NCBI RefSeq assembly: GCF_009914755.1
Contig: NC_060943.1
Length of the DNA stretch: 64,000 nt
Reading direction: 5' to 3' (one strand)
Source of the DNA: the human T2T-CHM13v2.0 reference genome, Homo sapiens
Part shown: piece by piece, positions 14,029-27,789 of the stretch
Layout of the letters: the number at the start of each line of letters is the position of its first letter
Position numbering within the stretch: the stretch's first letter is position 1
Notes under the pieces: model-generated
Databases searched by the model: none
What the model was told of the DNA's origin: nothing
Seen by the model: only the letters and a program-made list of their open reading frames with translations
Made by a program: the position numbers and the translations under genes

Positions 14029-14232
14029 TGTGATAAGAATCCTTAACATGAATGAGATCCACCCTCTTAACAAATTTTGAGTGAACAACATTGTTAACCA
14101 TAGGCACTATGTTGTACAGCAAATCTCTATAATGTACTCATGTAGCATAACCAAAATTTTATACCCACTGATTTTTTTAAATATGGTGAATAGACAACTA
14201 TTTTCTCTTTACTCCAAACCCAGAGCTTCTAA

Positions 14233-14730
<498 letters not shown>

Positions 14731-14864
14731 TGAGAGGTACTTCCTGAGGGAGAGAGAATGCATGTGATGAGCGGATCACACTACAGTGTGTGACTTGCTC
14801 ACTGATTCCAGCATTCGGTTTGGGCTAAACTGTGTTCTTTCCATTATCTTGGTTTAAAAATATA

Positions 14865-15062
14865 GGTTTTTTTTTTCATTTTTTAAAAAATCAGGATTTT
14901 ATACATACCTGGAAAATTAGGAAGTGGGACCATACTGGGCCTATAGTTCTCCAACAAGAGCTGAGCCATGCTCTCCCCAGCAGATGGGCTCCTAGATCCT
15001 GTCTGCTCTGGTCCTCACCTGGCCTGCTTTGCTCTTTAGGCCTCTTTGTCTGTGACCCTGGT
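14865..15062. mobile_element. hAT-Charlie remnant (MER102-like)
   Basis: 'ttttaaaaaatcaggatttt...ggaaaattaggaagtgggaccatactgggcc' resembles the recalled MER102 internal sequence. Confidence 0.4.
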
Positions 15063-15639
15063 TTATAAGAACCATGCTTCCCAACCTTCCCCCCTAAATA
15101 CCCTAGACCACAGATCACCCCTCCACAGTCAAGCAGCTCTGGGAATAGTCAAGGTTCCTGCATAAGCACATTATTTTGAAGGCTTAGGTTTCATCTTGAA
15201 AAAAATGTGTGTTCCATTTTATTATATAACAGGGCTATGTATATTTTAATTAAAATTTATATGTTTTTCTTCCCAATGTATGGACTAAAAGTGTCCCTCC
15301 AGGAAGATGTGCCAGGCTGTTCTGAGGCTCTGAGTGTTCCAAAGGTGTTAGCTCAGGGTGCCTTCTCTCCAGTTTGAAAAATACAGTCTCTCCCAGTATT
15401 GTTGCTCATCATGTCTTTAGTTCCTTTTTAAAATCTTCCAAGTTCTTAACTTTTGGGCACTTTTTAAAATCAGAAATTAAATGCCCTTAATTTGGGGGAG
15501 TTGATATGGCCCTCAGAGCTACAAGCCCCTTTGGGCTGGCCCCAGTGCTTGTGTGGGGAAGGGGCCAGGCCCCATGTCCACATGCGGCCTGGCTGGCTCG
15601 TGCGTGGAGCTCCTGGGCATCACACACTCAGCTTGCATA

Positions 15640-16330
15640 GCGCTGCCCTCAGAAACTTTTGCGGGTTATGGCTTATGAAGGGTTCCGGAGAGTTCAGACG
15701 CAAATCGATAGCATGCATTACAAGAGAGCGTGAGCTAACAAAGGTGCTGGGGGACCATGCATCTTAAAACAGCTTCTTGGGGACTTTAATTGTCGGGATG
15801 TTCAGGAGAAGAATATGACCTTACGGGGCATTTTCCAGAATAGAATAGTCTATATATTAAAAGGCAGCAAATGATTCATAACTGGTTAGTGGCGGGGCCT
15901 ATGGGTCCATGTTTCCCATGTGAATTTTTTTTTCTGCGTTGCAAACTCTTACATTAAATTGTGATAAATGAAGAGTGGGGGCTACTCATACAAATCAATG
16001 ACTCTAGTGTGTGTGTCATTAGCCTGAGAGATGCAGGCAGCGGTCAGTCCCATAAATCATGTGATGATCTGCTGTCTGCAACACGATGCAAGCAAGCAGG
16101 CACATTAGGGAGGTTAAGGAATGAAATTAATCTGTGCATTTTCCTCTCCCCCTGCCTCCTTCCCCATCACCTGGTCATACGGAAAGAATTAAAATCACAT
16201 GATCCGAACTAAACCAGCTCCAGAACAGTAAATTGGTTAAGTTTGACTTCACCTTTCAACTCTGAGTTAATTATGTATTAGGGGATTAATTTATTCACAG
16301 GCACTGGGAAGGGAAATGGAGAATGGGAGA
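15640..16330. promoter_or_regulatory. Candidate distal enhancer / conserved non-coding element
   Basis: Repeat-free. Many TAAT/ATTA cores, a PBX-HOX-type ATAAATCA (16052-16059) and retained CpGs. Motif-based only. Confidence 0.4.
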
Positions 16331-17289
16331 AACCTGCCAGGGCCTCTCATCCAGATGCCAAAGTTATTAATTGCTCTGGCTGTGCCACAGGCTACCTGGA
16401 CAGACCCTGGGGTGGGGGGCTATGTGATCGGCCATGGATATGGTGGGGTCTGTCCTGCTCTGAGGATCAGCCAGCTTGGGTTACAGAAGAGGCCCCAGTC
16501 TGTGCTCCACAGGGATGCTTGTGATGCTTGGTTGCTGGAGTATCTTGGAAGCCTACGCTAGAAGGAGCCTTTCCCCAGGGTGTGTAGCCAGATTACACTT
16601 CAGATGGTAACTGATACCTCTTCCAAGGCCATTCGCCTTGCCTGGAATTCCTCCAGTGAGAGGCAGCTCTCCATTTGCGAAACTACCCATTTTACACATG
16701 CAACTCTGATTTGCACAACTCAAGGGTCCTACTCCACCCCCTTGGGATCATATGGAATACCAGGACTACGTCTCCCACGCATACATGATGCCCTCTGTTC
16801 ACCCGAGGACAGGGAGCATGTTCTCCTCAAACATCCTCCAGGGTGCCTCTCCAATGGCAGCCTTTGGAGGCCTCTTGCCTTTGTGGTCTTCCTGGGAGGT
16901 CAGTCTTGATCTCTCTTCTGTGGTGTGGTCCCAGCCGAGTGAGAACAGCTGCAGGTGCAGCAGTACCCAGGGGCTCCTGGAGATGAGACCTGGAGCAGAT
17001 AGGGGAGCTCCTTTCTCAGTGATGCTACCTGGTGGTGATTGGGCATCAGATCCAGCAGGAAACCCCAGGAAACTCCTGCCTATTTAAGGGTCTGACCACA
17101 CCAGAAACAGCCTCTCAAAAGACTCCAAACGCTAGCATCATCTGCATGGAGCCATGCAAGAGAAATTGTTAGGTATATTTGTCCATTTGTTGTTAAGACA
17201 GAAGGATGCTGAATGGATTTGACACAGACCCTTTGCTTATAAAAACTCACAACAACCAACATGAATGGCAGCATTAATGCTCTGTGCGT

Positions 17290-17480
17290 GAACAGCACTT
17301 CACAATGTTCTAAATGCGTTCCCATGTGTTTGGGATATTGTTTAATCTTCCCAGCAGTCCATGAGTTGGGTCCAATGATTCCCATTTGACTCCCTAAGGA
17401 AACTGAGGCTCTGAGAGTTTAAAAGACTTGGCTGAGTTCACATGCCTGGGAAGTGGCTCAGCCACCATAAGATTCAGTTG
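17290..17480 (-). mobile_element. MIR SINE
   Basis: 'cccatttg...aaggaaactgaggctctgagagtttaaaagacttggctgagttcaca'. Confidence 0.75.
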
Positions 17481-18638
17481 CAGGAAGGATGGGACCATCT
17501 AGGGTCTTTCTTCCTATCAAATCTACAGATGGAAAGTTCTCAGAGTCCAAGCACCCATGACCATCTCTAGAGGCTCTATGCAGCTCCCAGATCCGTGTGC
17601 TGCTCCAATAGGGTTACAAAAACAAGTTGAGCTAACATCTAAAAATTAAAAGCTTTCATAGAAAGAAGGGATTTTGGCTTCTTTTGAAAACTTGGAATCT
17701 GGCCATTGGGCTGACATTTCACTGTGGTGATACTGGGTTCATGATGAGTGGTGGCTCCACTCAAAGGGCTCTGAGCTCTCACAGGCTCAAGAGACATGTT
17801 TTGGGCAGTACACACACTGAGACACTGACCCCCCAAATCCTCACTCTGTGCAATGACCTAATGGCCCTCCTCTCACCCTCCCATAACCCAGTCTTACTGC
17901 TGCCCCCACCTCCTGGGGAACCCACGCATCTCTGTCCTGCCCATACACTTTCTCTCTCTGTCCAAGCCCTTCTTGGCTTCAAGTCAAGCTCTGGTCATTT
18001 CACTGGCTCCTCTGCCAGCCTTCTCCTTCCTAAGCTCCAAAAGGATTTTTCAGCTGGTTGATGCGGGTGAGCACGCCAGAGCCAGATGCACCCTGGAGAC
18101 ATCTAAATCCAACCTTCTTGTCTGTAGTAATGAAATTAAGGTGAGACAGGTTGCCTGACCTTCTATGTCGCCAACCCCATTCCCAGACCCTCTCCTGGCC
18201 CCAAGAAGCCACCCTGATCATGTTGCTATCTGAATGTTCACCTTGGTTGCTCTTTTGGGGAAAAAATACCAAAAACACAGAGAAAAGGGAAATATCAAAA
18301 TCCGCAGCATTCAGAATTAACCAAAAATCAAAATTTGCCATATTTGTTGCAGAAGTTTAAAAAAAAATCAAGAAATTCTGAGTTCCATCCAGGAAGCTGG
18401 CTTCATTATACTCTTAAGGTCTCCACACATCTCTTCCTGATCCCCTTCCATTCTCTTCTTCCAGAAGGAAGCATTATTGTGACTTTTCCTCCAAATCCTT
18501 CTAATCTATGTTTACACACACACACACACACACACGCACACACGTTTGTAAATTACATATGTTTTTTGGTTACATGCATGTGTTTAGATCTACATAAAAC
18601 ACTTCTGCTTTTTTCCATCACCATTGCATTTTTTAGGT

Positions 18639-19001
18639 TTTTACGGTTTGGCTCTGTCCACCCACTCCAAATCTTATCTTGAATTGCAGTTCCTGTAATC
18701 CCCACATGTCATGGGTGAGACCTGGTGGGAGGTAATTGAATCATGGGGGCGGGTTTTTCCTGTCCTATTCTCATGATAGTAAGTCTCACGAGATCTGATG
18801 GTTTTATAAAGGGGAGTTCCCCTGCACACACTGTCTTGCCTGCCACCATGTAAGATGTGCCTTTGCTCCTCCTTCACCTTCCACCATGATTGTGAGGCCT
18901 CCCCAGCCACGTGGAACTGTTAGTCCATTAAACCTCTTTCCTTTATAAATTACCCAGCCTCGGGTACGTCTTTATTGGCAGCATGAAAATGAACTAATAC
19001 A
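18639..19001 (+). mobile_element. THE1 (MaLR) solo LTR
   Basis: THE1 body ('tctcacgagatctgatggttttataaaggggagttcccctgcaca') ending aactaataca. 5-bp flanks taggt and gaggt. Confidence 0.93.
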
Positions 19002-19102
19002 GAGGTCGACTCCCACCCTCACCTGTAAATCCAGCCTGGCCAAATCCCATCCTCTGAGGGATGTAGGATTTTGTTTCCCAGATCCCCTTTATAATTACTT
19101 AA

Positions 19103-19392
<290 letters not shown>

Positions 19393-20319
19393 CCCCTGAT
19401 CCCTTTTTGATGGGCATGTGCATTGTGGATTTTTTACTATCACCAATGAAGCTGGAACAAAACTCTGCATCTTTTCTGGGGTTTGCTAATGAGGTCTGCC
19501 TAGAGTTTTATTTACTCTCTAAATGTGTCATGGGTCCCTCTCCCCAGTGGGACTGAGACCTTCTGGGGGACCCTAGGGACCACATGTGAAGATACCCAGC
19601 ACAGCCCCCAGTTGGTCCCTCAGTATTTTCCCTGGCATGTGTAGTCGCATCTCTCCCTTAGCTCTCCACTGAGGCTGCACGTGCTGGTCACACAGCCCTC
19701 CAGCTGGCTATGTCCCCACATGTAAGCCCCAGGGAGCCCCAGCCTACGGCCTGTGCGTCTCAGGCCCATTAAACCTCTCACTTTGTATTTCCTAATTCCT
19801 TTAAGAAATCCCAAACCTGTCTCCTTGGATAGAAATAAAATAAATGTAATATCTATTGCTATCGCTTAAATACAAATTATAGTATTTTTTATTAAATACT
19901 CTCTTGTCAAATGCTTGACATTCCTCATAATAGATAAAAAAACAACTAAAACTAGTTATTTTCTGTTACCTTAGAGGCTTGCAACGTAGTTTGTATTGTA
20001 TTTACTTGTTATGTTCTGCTTGTCGCATTTCATTATAAGCACGTGAATTATTTTCCCTACTAAATTAAAAGGCAATATCCCCGCCCCCAGCTACCCTTGA
20101 GCTTGTATAAAAGGTGAAGATCTGGAGCTATGGGCTCTGGGAAGCCACCTGGTGATCAGGGTCACAGATCCTCTGCCAGCTCACAGTCCTCCTCTGGCAT
20201 AGGCTGGCCCAGCCCCCGTGCCTGGTAATGGGGTCAGGGGAACCACCCCAATAAACTTTGTGGTGGGGAAAGGCTACATGTATCATTGCTCTAGCCTTAC
20301 ACTCTTTTCTTCCCACTGT

Positions 20320-20710
20320 TTCTTATCGTCATCATAGCATCCCTATAAGGCAGCAGGTTGGGACTACTGTACCCATTTTACAGATGAGGCAACAATCCTG
20401 AAAGGAACTTTTGAGTTATGGTCAGGCTTAGGGCTAGAGCCCTGCAGATTCCATCGCTTCCACCAGCACTGTTGCCACACACATGTGCCAACTGGAGGTT
20501 ACCGTGCACCAGGCGCTTGGGGAATCTTTTCACGTGCAATGCCTTCTTTGATCCTAACATTAGTTCCTTGAGGTAGAAGTACTGTTATCTCTCTTTTATA
20601 GTGTTGATGAAACTGCAGCTCATGGAGGACAAAGAAGTGCCTCTGGTTGTATAAGTTTCACATGCAAGAGCAGAGGTTGGAGCCAGGTCTGTCTGACTTT
20701 AGAGCCCAGT
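20320..20710 (-). mobile_element. Two tandem MIR fragments
   Basis: 'cccattttacagatgaggcaac' (~20372) and 'gatgaaactgcagctca...gagccaggtctgtctgactttagagccca'. Confidence 0.65.
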
Positions 20711-21242
20711 TCAGAAGCAGTGAGAAGAAACATCTTCAGCTCTTTGGGGTCACCATCTCTTTTAAGAATGGGGTGAAATCTGTGCCCTGACCTCCTTCCC
20801 TCAGGGAGTGCCTATTTCTCACATCACTGGCATTTTACCTATCATTTTGTGAGCTGCTGGGACTAGCTGGGGCTCATGTCTGGACCCACACAAGTCCTGT
20901 GATCCAGGTCAGAAACTCCCTCATGAGAGCTTGGAATCAGATGCTTTTGTTGTGTACACAGCCTAAATCAATTGCAACCTCACCAAATGCTCTGTCTCCT
21001 GCCCTCCTTTCCTGCATAAGCTCTTTCTGGTAGCTTAGATTTTCCAGACTCAGAATTTGAAATGGGTTCCAGTGGAACTTGGGAGAGTGGAGTTTCTTAC
21101 AGTGCTGGGATTTGACCTATTTTTCTCTGAGCCCATGGGGACTTGGAGAGTAATGAGCCTGTGCACCCCTGTCAGATCCTCCTGCTCTTTCAGTGCTACC
21201 CTCCCTCCCGTCATGGCACTTCTTTGAAAGAGGAGTTGATAC

Positions 21243-21820
21243 CTGAGTAGTAATTCATGGTGCAGATGCACCGCGTTTTCCTTACCCACTCGTCCACTGA
21301 GGAGCAGTTAGGTTGGGTCCACATCTTTGCCATCGTGAATTGCGCTGCAATCAACATACACCTGCAGGTGTCTTATTTATAAAATGATTGCTTTTCCTTT
21401 CGGTAGACGCCCAGTATGGGATGGCTGGATCAAATGGTAACTCTACTTTTAGTTCTTTGAGAAATCTCCATACTGTTTTCCCATAGAAGCTGTACTAGTT
21501 TACATTCCCATCAGCAGTGTCTGAGCGATTCCTTTTCACCACATCCACCCACACATCTTTTTTTTTTTTTTTCCTTTTAAAACATGGCCATTCTGACTAG
21601 GGTAAAGTGTTATCTCATTATGGTTCTAACTTGCATTTCCCTGATGACTAGCAATGTTGAACATGTTTTCATCTTTGTTGCCATTTGTATATCATCTTTT
21701 GAGAAATGTCTACTCATGTCGTTCACTCACTTCATAATGGAATTATTTGTTTTTCTCTTGCTGATTTGTTTGAACTCCTTGTTGATTCTAGATATTGATC
21801 CTTTTTTGGGTGTACAGTTC
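21243..21820 (-). mobile_element. L1P/L1PB ORF2-end fragment
   Basis: 'tctttgagaaatctccatactgttttc...ttacattcccatcagcagtgt...ggccattctgactagggtaa'. Confidence 0.9.
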
Positions 21821-23197
21821 CTTCAGATCACCTGCAAGCCTGGCAGGTTCTCCAGCCAAGAGCCCAGACAGGCTTGGTACCTGGCAGAAAGTCATGAAAG
21901 CTCAGTTTTCACATCTGTAAAATGCAGAACCCTTTCCGGGTACTTCCATGTCAATGAGAGAACTCTGACTCCTTTATTTCTAAGGACCACATACCTTACT
22001 ATTTCTCCTCTCCCTACACATTTAGACAGTGGGCCTCTGGTTTGAACTGTTCTTGCTGCTTAATCTTACAGAGAACGTTCTCAGGATTCCCCCTATCTTG
22101 ATGTGTCTCTCTGCATCAGCCACTCCATCACCTGAAAGCTTTGTAGTAACACAGCACCTCTCAGCTGAGGCTTGCTTCTCTTACACAAGTGCTTCCCAGC
22201 ATGCACTGATAACACTCGGCCACACAGGGAGAGAGGAGCTGATAAGTCCACATGCACATCAGAAAATGATGCCTTTTAAATGCAACAGCCACCTTATTCT
22301 GGAGGTAAATCACAGCACTGAAAAATATCTACAGGTACCTATGGAGGAGGAAGATAAAAGAAAAAATACCTTTTTTTGGATGGAAAATAAGAAGCCAAGA
22401 AGAATAAGGTTTTCATGCATGGACTATGTCAAGGTCCCACGATTGCCACCAAGACCACCATGATGGAAGCATCTTCTTCATTGGCCAATGGACATCAGTG
22501 CAAGGATGGTCGTGCATGGAAAAGAGGAGGCAGAAGGGCGGGAGGGACTTGGTCAGCCTTCAGAGTGAGCAGACTCTAAACTGGACTTCTACCTGGCCCA
22601 TCAGATCATACTGCTCATGCAGTCTGTTTGGGTTTTGTTTCCTCTGGGGACCTCTTTCACTCCCACAAATATCCTACAACCCTTGAGTAGGAATTAAAAC
22701 CCATCAGAGATCGAAATAGAATTGGTTATGGTAAAAGGGAGCTGAAACAGTGAGAAAGGGAGGAGAAGGGAAGAAAGATTAAGGCAGACAAGGGAACCTG
22801 TGGAGAGAGTGAGAGCTAGAGACAGAAGGAGAGAAGAGGCAGGGCCGTGGAAACAGACACACCATCTCTCCAAGTCCTTCTCAAAGACACTGGAAGAGTT
22901 CTGGAAACCGAACAGGTATGGAACACGGCAAGTAGTGGAATGGAGAGCTCAGCCCATTTTCTGGATTTTTAGGGCCCCAGATCACACATCCTGGAATTTC
23001 TCATGTTGTTCTCTTTATCTTTATTACCCATCCCCGACCTAGATTTTCAGCCTGCAAAGGCACTCTTGCTTTCATCAAAACCAGAATTCCCACTGTGTTT
23101 TTGTCAAGCACCCTTGCCTTCCTCCTGGGATTCTCATCTGCCTTTTGTTTCAATTCTGTATCTGTCTGCCCTGTCTTCTTCTTCTTCTTCTTCTTCT

Positions 23198-23483
<286 letters not shown>

Positions 23484-24786
23484 AACCCTGTCTTCTTCTT
23501 TAGGTCAGAATTATCTTGTTGCCTTCACAGACCACAGCTGGTCAGCTGCTTCTTCCACCACTCTGACGCAACTCAACTCAGTCCATCGTCTCCACCCCAT
23601 ACAAGGAACCCCAGTTGGCCAGCAAGGTCTCCCTGACAGGGGAAGCATTTCTCTAAGCTCAGAGGGGTTGACAAAGTGGAAACTGCCCACTCTGGAGGTG
23701 GCTTCTTCTCCCCAAGGCCAGCACAGAATTCTCCTGGGCTGTGGCATTCTCTTGGAGAGCATCTTGATGCAGATGAAGGGTGCTATATAAATCAATGGAT
23801 CATAAGTCTGTTGGACAGCACTTATATAGGTAAATGCATGTATGTTATTCACTCAGTGAACCTTCCTAAAAAAGATAATATGCTCAATATCTCACCGTGC
23901 TGACATATTTCAACTCAATTGATAATGGGTCAGGATTGAGCAAGGCTTACAGAGTGAATTACCTTTTAGCCATCCCTTCCAGTTTAGGGTTGCAGTCACC
24001 AACAAAATCAATGTCGAAGGATTCTTGTTGTCTCAGGCAATACCAACAGTGACTCCTAATGAAATAAACCATTGAAACCTTTTAATCAGACCACCTGCCT
24101 AAAAGGAGGAAGCCATCCAGCGGAGGCTGGGGCTCTAGGGATCTATTTTCCCCTTACCGGTCAACGCATGAGTGATTCTTTAATTGTAGTAATGATGTGC
24201 TTACCCTGGACCCAGACACTTGGGCAGCAAGAGGCAGCAATTCTCTGGGGCAGAGGGTTGGCGTGACCTCAGCTGGGGCTGCACAGGTCCCCGAGCAGGG
24301 CTGCATCACCAGGGGCCATGCAAATGCCTCCAGGTTAGGGGCCTGTTTGACTCCCAGACATGTGATAAATCTAAATCTCTATTGAAAGAAAGCCCTGCAA
24401 TAAATGAGCCCTGCTCTACATCTGAATTCTAGAGTCACTGTTACAAAAATAGGAGCTGGCTGCAAATGTGACCATCAATGGGCTCCTGCCTCTACCCCTT
24501 GCTCTTCCCTCCTCCCTGACCTGCAAATTTCTGAAAAATTAGCTAACATCACCTTAAATATATTTAAATATTAGGAAGCCAAAGGGAGTCCAAAAACACC
24601 AGAATTGACCTAGAAGCTCTCTGCAAGGCTCTCTTTTGTGTCCACTGATTCACTCTGAGGCACATTTATGGTTTCCTTCTTCTTTATGGATCATTCCTGG
24701 ATTTTCTTTGGAAATTCTTCTTTCCCTCATGCTCCTGTCTGAGTGTGCTCTTCTCTTAGCTCTGTGGTGGACCTAGGATTCAGGTC

Positions 24787-25188
24787 TGTATTAGTCTGTT
24801 TTGCATTACTATAAAAAATATCTGAGGCTGGGTAGTTTACAAAGAAAAGAGGTTTATTCGGCTCATGGTTCTGCAGGCTGTACAAGCATGGCACCATGAA
24901 TTTTTTATGGAGAGGCCTCTAGAAGCTTTTACTCATGGCAGAAGGTGGAGGGGGCAGGCATGTCACATGGCAAGAGGGAGCAAGAGACATGCCAGGCTCT
25001 TTTAAACAACCAGCTCCCACGTGAACTAATAGAGTGAGGACTCACTCATTACCATGGGGAGGGCACCAAGCCATTGATGAGGGATCCACGCCCATGACCC
25101 AAATATCTCCCATCAGGCCCCACCTCCAACACTGGGGATCACATTTCAGCATGAGATGAAGAGGGGACAAAACATTCTAATGATATCA
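24787..25188 (-). mobile_element. MST (MaLR) solo LTR
   Basis: tgtattagtc...gatatca termini. Perfect 5-bp TSD AGGTC (24782-24786 and 25189-25193). Appears nested in an older MLT1-like LTR. Confidence 0.92.
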
Positions 25189-25540
25189 AGGTCTAACTTA
25201 GTCAGTAGTTGATTCCCTAATGAATCTCATCCTGTCAACCAGAGTGTCAACTCAGGACTTCTAATGGGGTGACTAACAGAGAAAGGCCTGGTTCTCTCTT
25301 TCCAATCAGACATGGACCTGTGGAGTGTGTTTCTGGTTGGTCATTAGCTGGTGAAAAGCCCATCTGAAAATGTGACCCACACCAAGGAAGTTGAGATAAG
25401 AGGCTAAGGCAGTGATTCCAAGCCTCAGGATTCCTACCTGAAGTTCTGACCCCCAAGCAAGATCTTCTTGGATTATTTGGTTTGTGAGTCAAGAAGTTCC
25501 CTCTTCACTCTGGCCACTTAGGCTTCTTAGGCTTGGTTTT

Positions 25541-25740
25541 ATCTCCCTCCTTGTCCTCTTCCTCCCTCCTCCTCCTTCTCTTTCTCCTTCATCTCTTCTT
25601 CTTCTTCTTCCTCCTCCCTCCTCCTTCTTCTCTTTCTCCTTCATCTCTTCTTCCTCCTCCTCCTTCTTCTTCCTCTTCTTCTCTTTCTTTTCCTCCTACT
25701 TTTCCTCTCTCTCTCACTCTCTCTCTTTCTCTCTCTCTCT
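25541..25740. repeat. Polypyrimidine low-complexity tract (CT/CTT/CCT)
   Basis: About 200 bp almost entirely C/T. Confidence 0.95.
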
Positions 25741-26869
25741 GTTGTCACAGGCAATCAAAGAATCCTAATGGATTTCACCCACCTACAAGGAAAAACCCAT
25801 GAGCATTGGGAAATAAGGCTTCTTTACATCTGAGGAAGAAGCCCTTCCTGGGAATCCACTGAGGAAGGGCTCCTGTGCTCCTGTGACCACAGCACCAATC
25901 CATGAGGCTACTGGTTTGAGTACTAACCAATAAATTTACAAAGAGCCTTTTAAAAAGCCCTAAGAAAGAATTGAGGGCACAGATGGGAAGGGAACTGCCT
26001 TTCTTGGTAAACAAATTAAAAGAAGAGCCACTATCTGTCTAGCTGGTCATACTCAGAGGCACATGATCCCTTGAAGTCCCATTTTTCTGATTGATGATGA
26101 TGGCTACAGAGAGGAGCTCCTGCTATGGATAACTTTGTTGAATCCCCAATGTGTCTAGAATGGCCAAGAATGAGTCTCTCAGCAGCCAGCACCCCTTAAC
26201 ACTTCCCATGAAAGATCTTTCGGGTCCCTAGAAAAGATCCGTTCATACGCTGGATAGCTGGATCAGTGGAGATGACAAATAAGGTGATCAGGCATGCCAG
26301 TAAGTTGGAAGAAACCAAAGTCAAACCAACAGAGTATGAGTTCTCCTTTCCCTTGGGTCTATGTGGAAGCTTCCTAGATGTCTGAGCACCCAGACCCCAA
26401 TAACTTCCTCTCACCCCCAGCCCTCTTTTGGGGCCAGTGCCATGGGACCAGTTAGTGCAATGGAGGTCCAGCATTCTGCAGGATCCTTGAGTAGGAAGCT
26501 GGTGGAGCACCCACCGCCCTTTGTCTACCACGGTGATGAATGGTTGTTGACAAGGCTAAACAAAGGTATTATTAGTAGATTACATCTGAGAGGCTGGACT
26601 CATGCAGAAACAGGGCAGCAAGAGCCCTGGGCCCTGCTCAGCCCCCAATTAGTCCACAAAAGCCTAAACCACCAGGTCAGGGATAAAAGTGAATAAATGT
26701 TTCTAAATTCTTATCTTAAACACACTTAAGCTTAAAGCTATTTAACTGGAGCTTTAAAAGCATGTGAGCTTCCTGGAGCCCAGCTACCTGCCTCATTCTC
26801 TTGCTCTTATTTTTGCTTTTATCCTTTTAGTCTGAAGAAGCCTAATTAGAAGCCTGAACAGGGCTCTCT

Positions 26870-27240
26870 CTCCCTGCCCTTAAATCAGTAATTGGCTTCA
26901 GTGCAGAGACTGTCAGGAAATTAACACATCACAACATGACAGCTGTTAATTTTTTCTCCTTATTTGTCATATGAATCACCGCTGATTTGCCGGAGTGCAT
27001 AACAAATTAGTGGGCTGTAATCAGCGGCCTCTCTTCTGTGAGCTGCACCTTCCCTTTTTTTTTCCCTTTTTCTCCCCTCTCTCTCTTTTTCTCTCTCCCC
27101 CTACAGTCCATTACTTCACTGCCTCAGCAGAGATGACTGCTCCTAGGTGTGTCATTGTCAATAAATCAGAATAAGCAAATGCTAAAAGCGCAAGAAGCTC
27201 TTTAAACTTTGATGAAGGCTTTTAGTTACATTTTTAAACT
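26870..27240. promoter_or_regulatory. Candidate PBX/HOX/MEIS enhancer (conserved non-coding element)
   Basis: TGACAGCTGTTA (26937-26948), TGTCA-ATAAATCA (27156-27168) and further TGTCA and TAAT cores in repeat-free DNA. Confidence 0.5.
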
Positions 27241-27488
27241 TACACTCATAACTTGAATCTTTTTTTTTTTAAATTGTCACTCCCCGGTAGTGATAGACTG
27301 TCAGGTTTCCAGTCATTTCCTCATCCAACGTGCCAGGGAAGGTGGAACTCCAAGTGTCATTTGCACAAGTTCTGGCTGACGGAGGAGGTGGAAGAGGTGT
27401 TAAGGAAGGCAGGGGAAGGGAGAGATATCAGAGATTCCAACAGGGTCAGACCAAGGCACTTTCCCTTTTGAGTGAGAGATTTAGGGGA

Positions 27489-27789
27489 GGCCAGGTATGG
27501 TGGCTCACGCCAGTAATCCCAGCAATTTGGAGGCCGAGGTGGGTGGATCACTTGAGGTCAGGAATTCGAGACCAGCCTGGCCAACATAGTGAAACCCCAT
27601 CTCTATAAAAAAAATACAAAAATTAGCCGGGCATGGTGGCATGCACCTGTTGTAGTGCCAGCTACCCAGGGAGGCTGAGGTGGGAGAATCATTTGAACCT
27701 GGGGTCAAAGGTTGCAGTGAGTCAAGATTGCACCACTGCACTCCAGTCTGGGCAACAGAGTGAGACCCTGTCTCAAAAAAAAAAAAAAA
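27489..27789 (+). mobile_element. AluS
   Basis: Full Alu with poly-A. TSD gagagatttagggga. Confidence 0.96.

Larger units (their letters stand above)
13330..14175 (-). mobile_element. L1MB 3' end interrupted by an L1PA and an AluJ
   Basis: 'ttttattgaaatataa...cacattt' continues as 'aatgtgtacaatttgatgagtttg' after the L1PA, and as 'taggcactatgttgtacagca' after the Alu. Confidence 0.75.

Noticed and set aside
25484-25802. Ser/Leu/Phe/Pro-rich ORFs resembling membrane peptides
   Set aside because: Artefact of the polypyrimidine tract.
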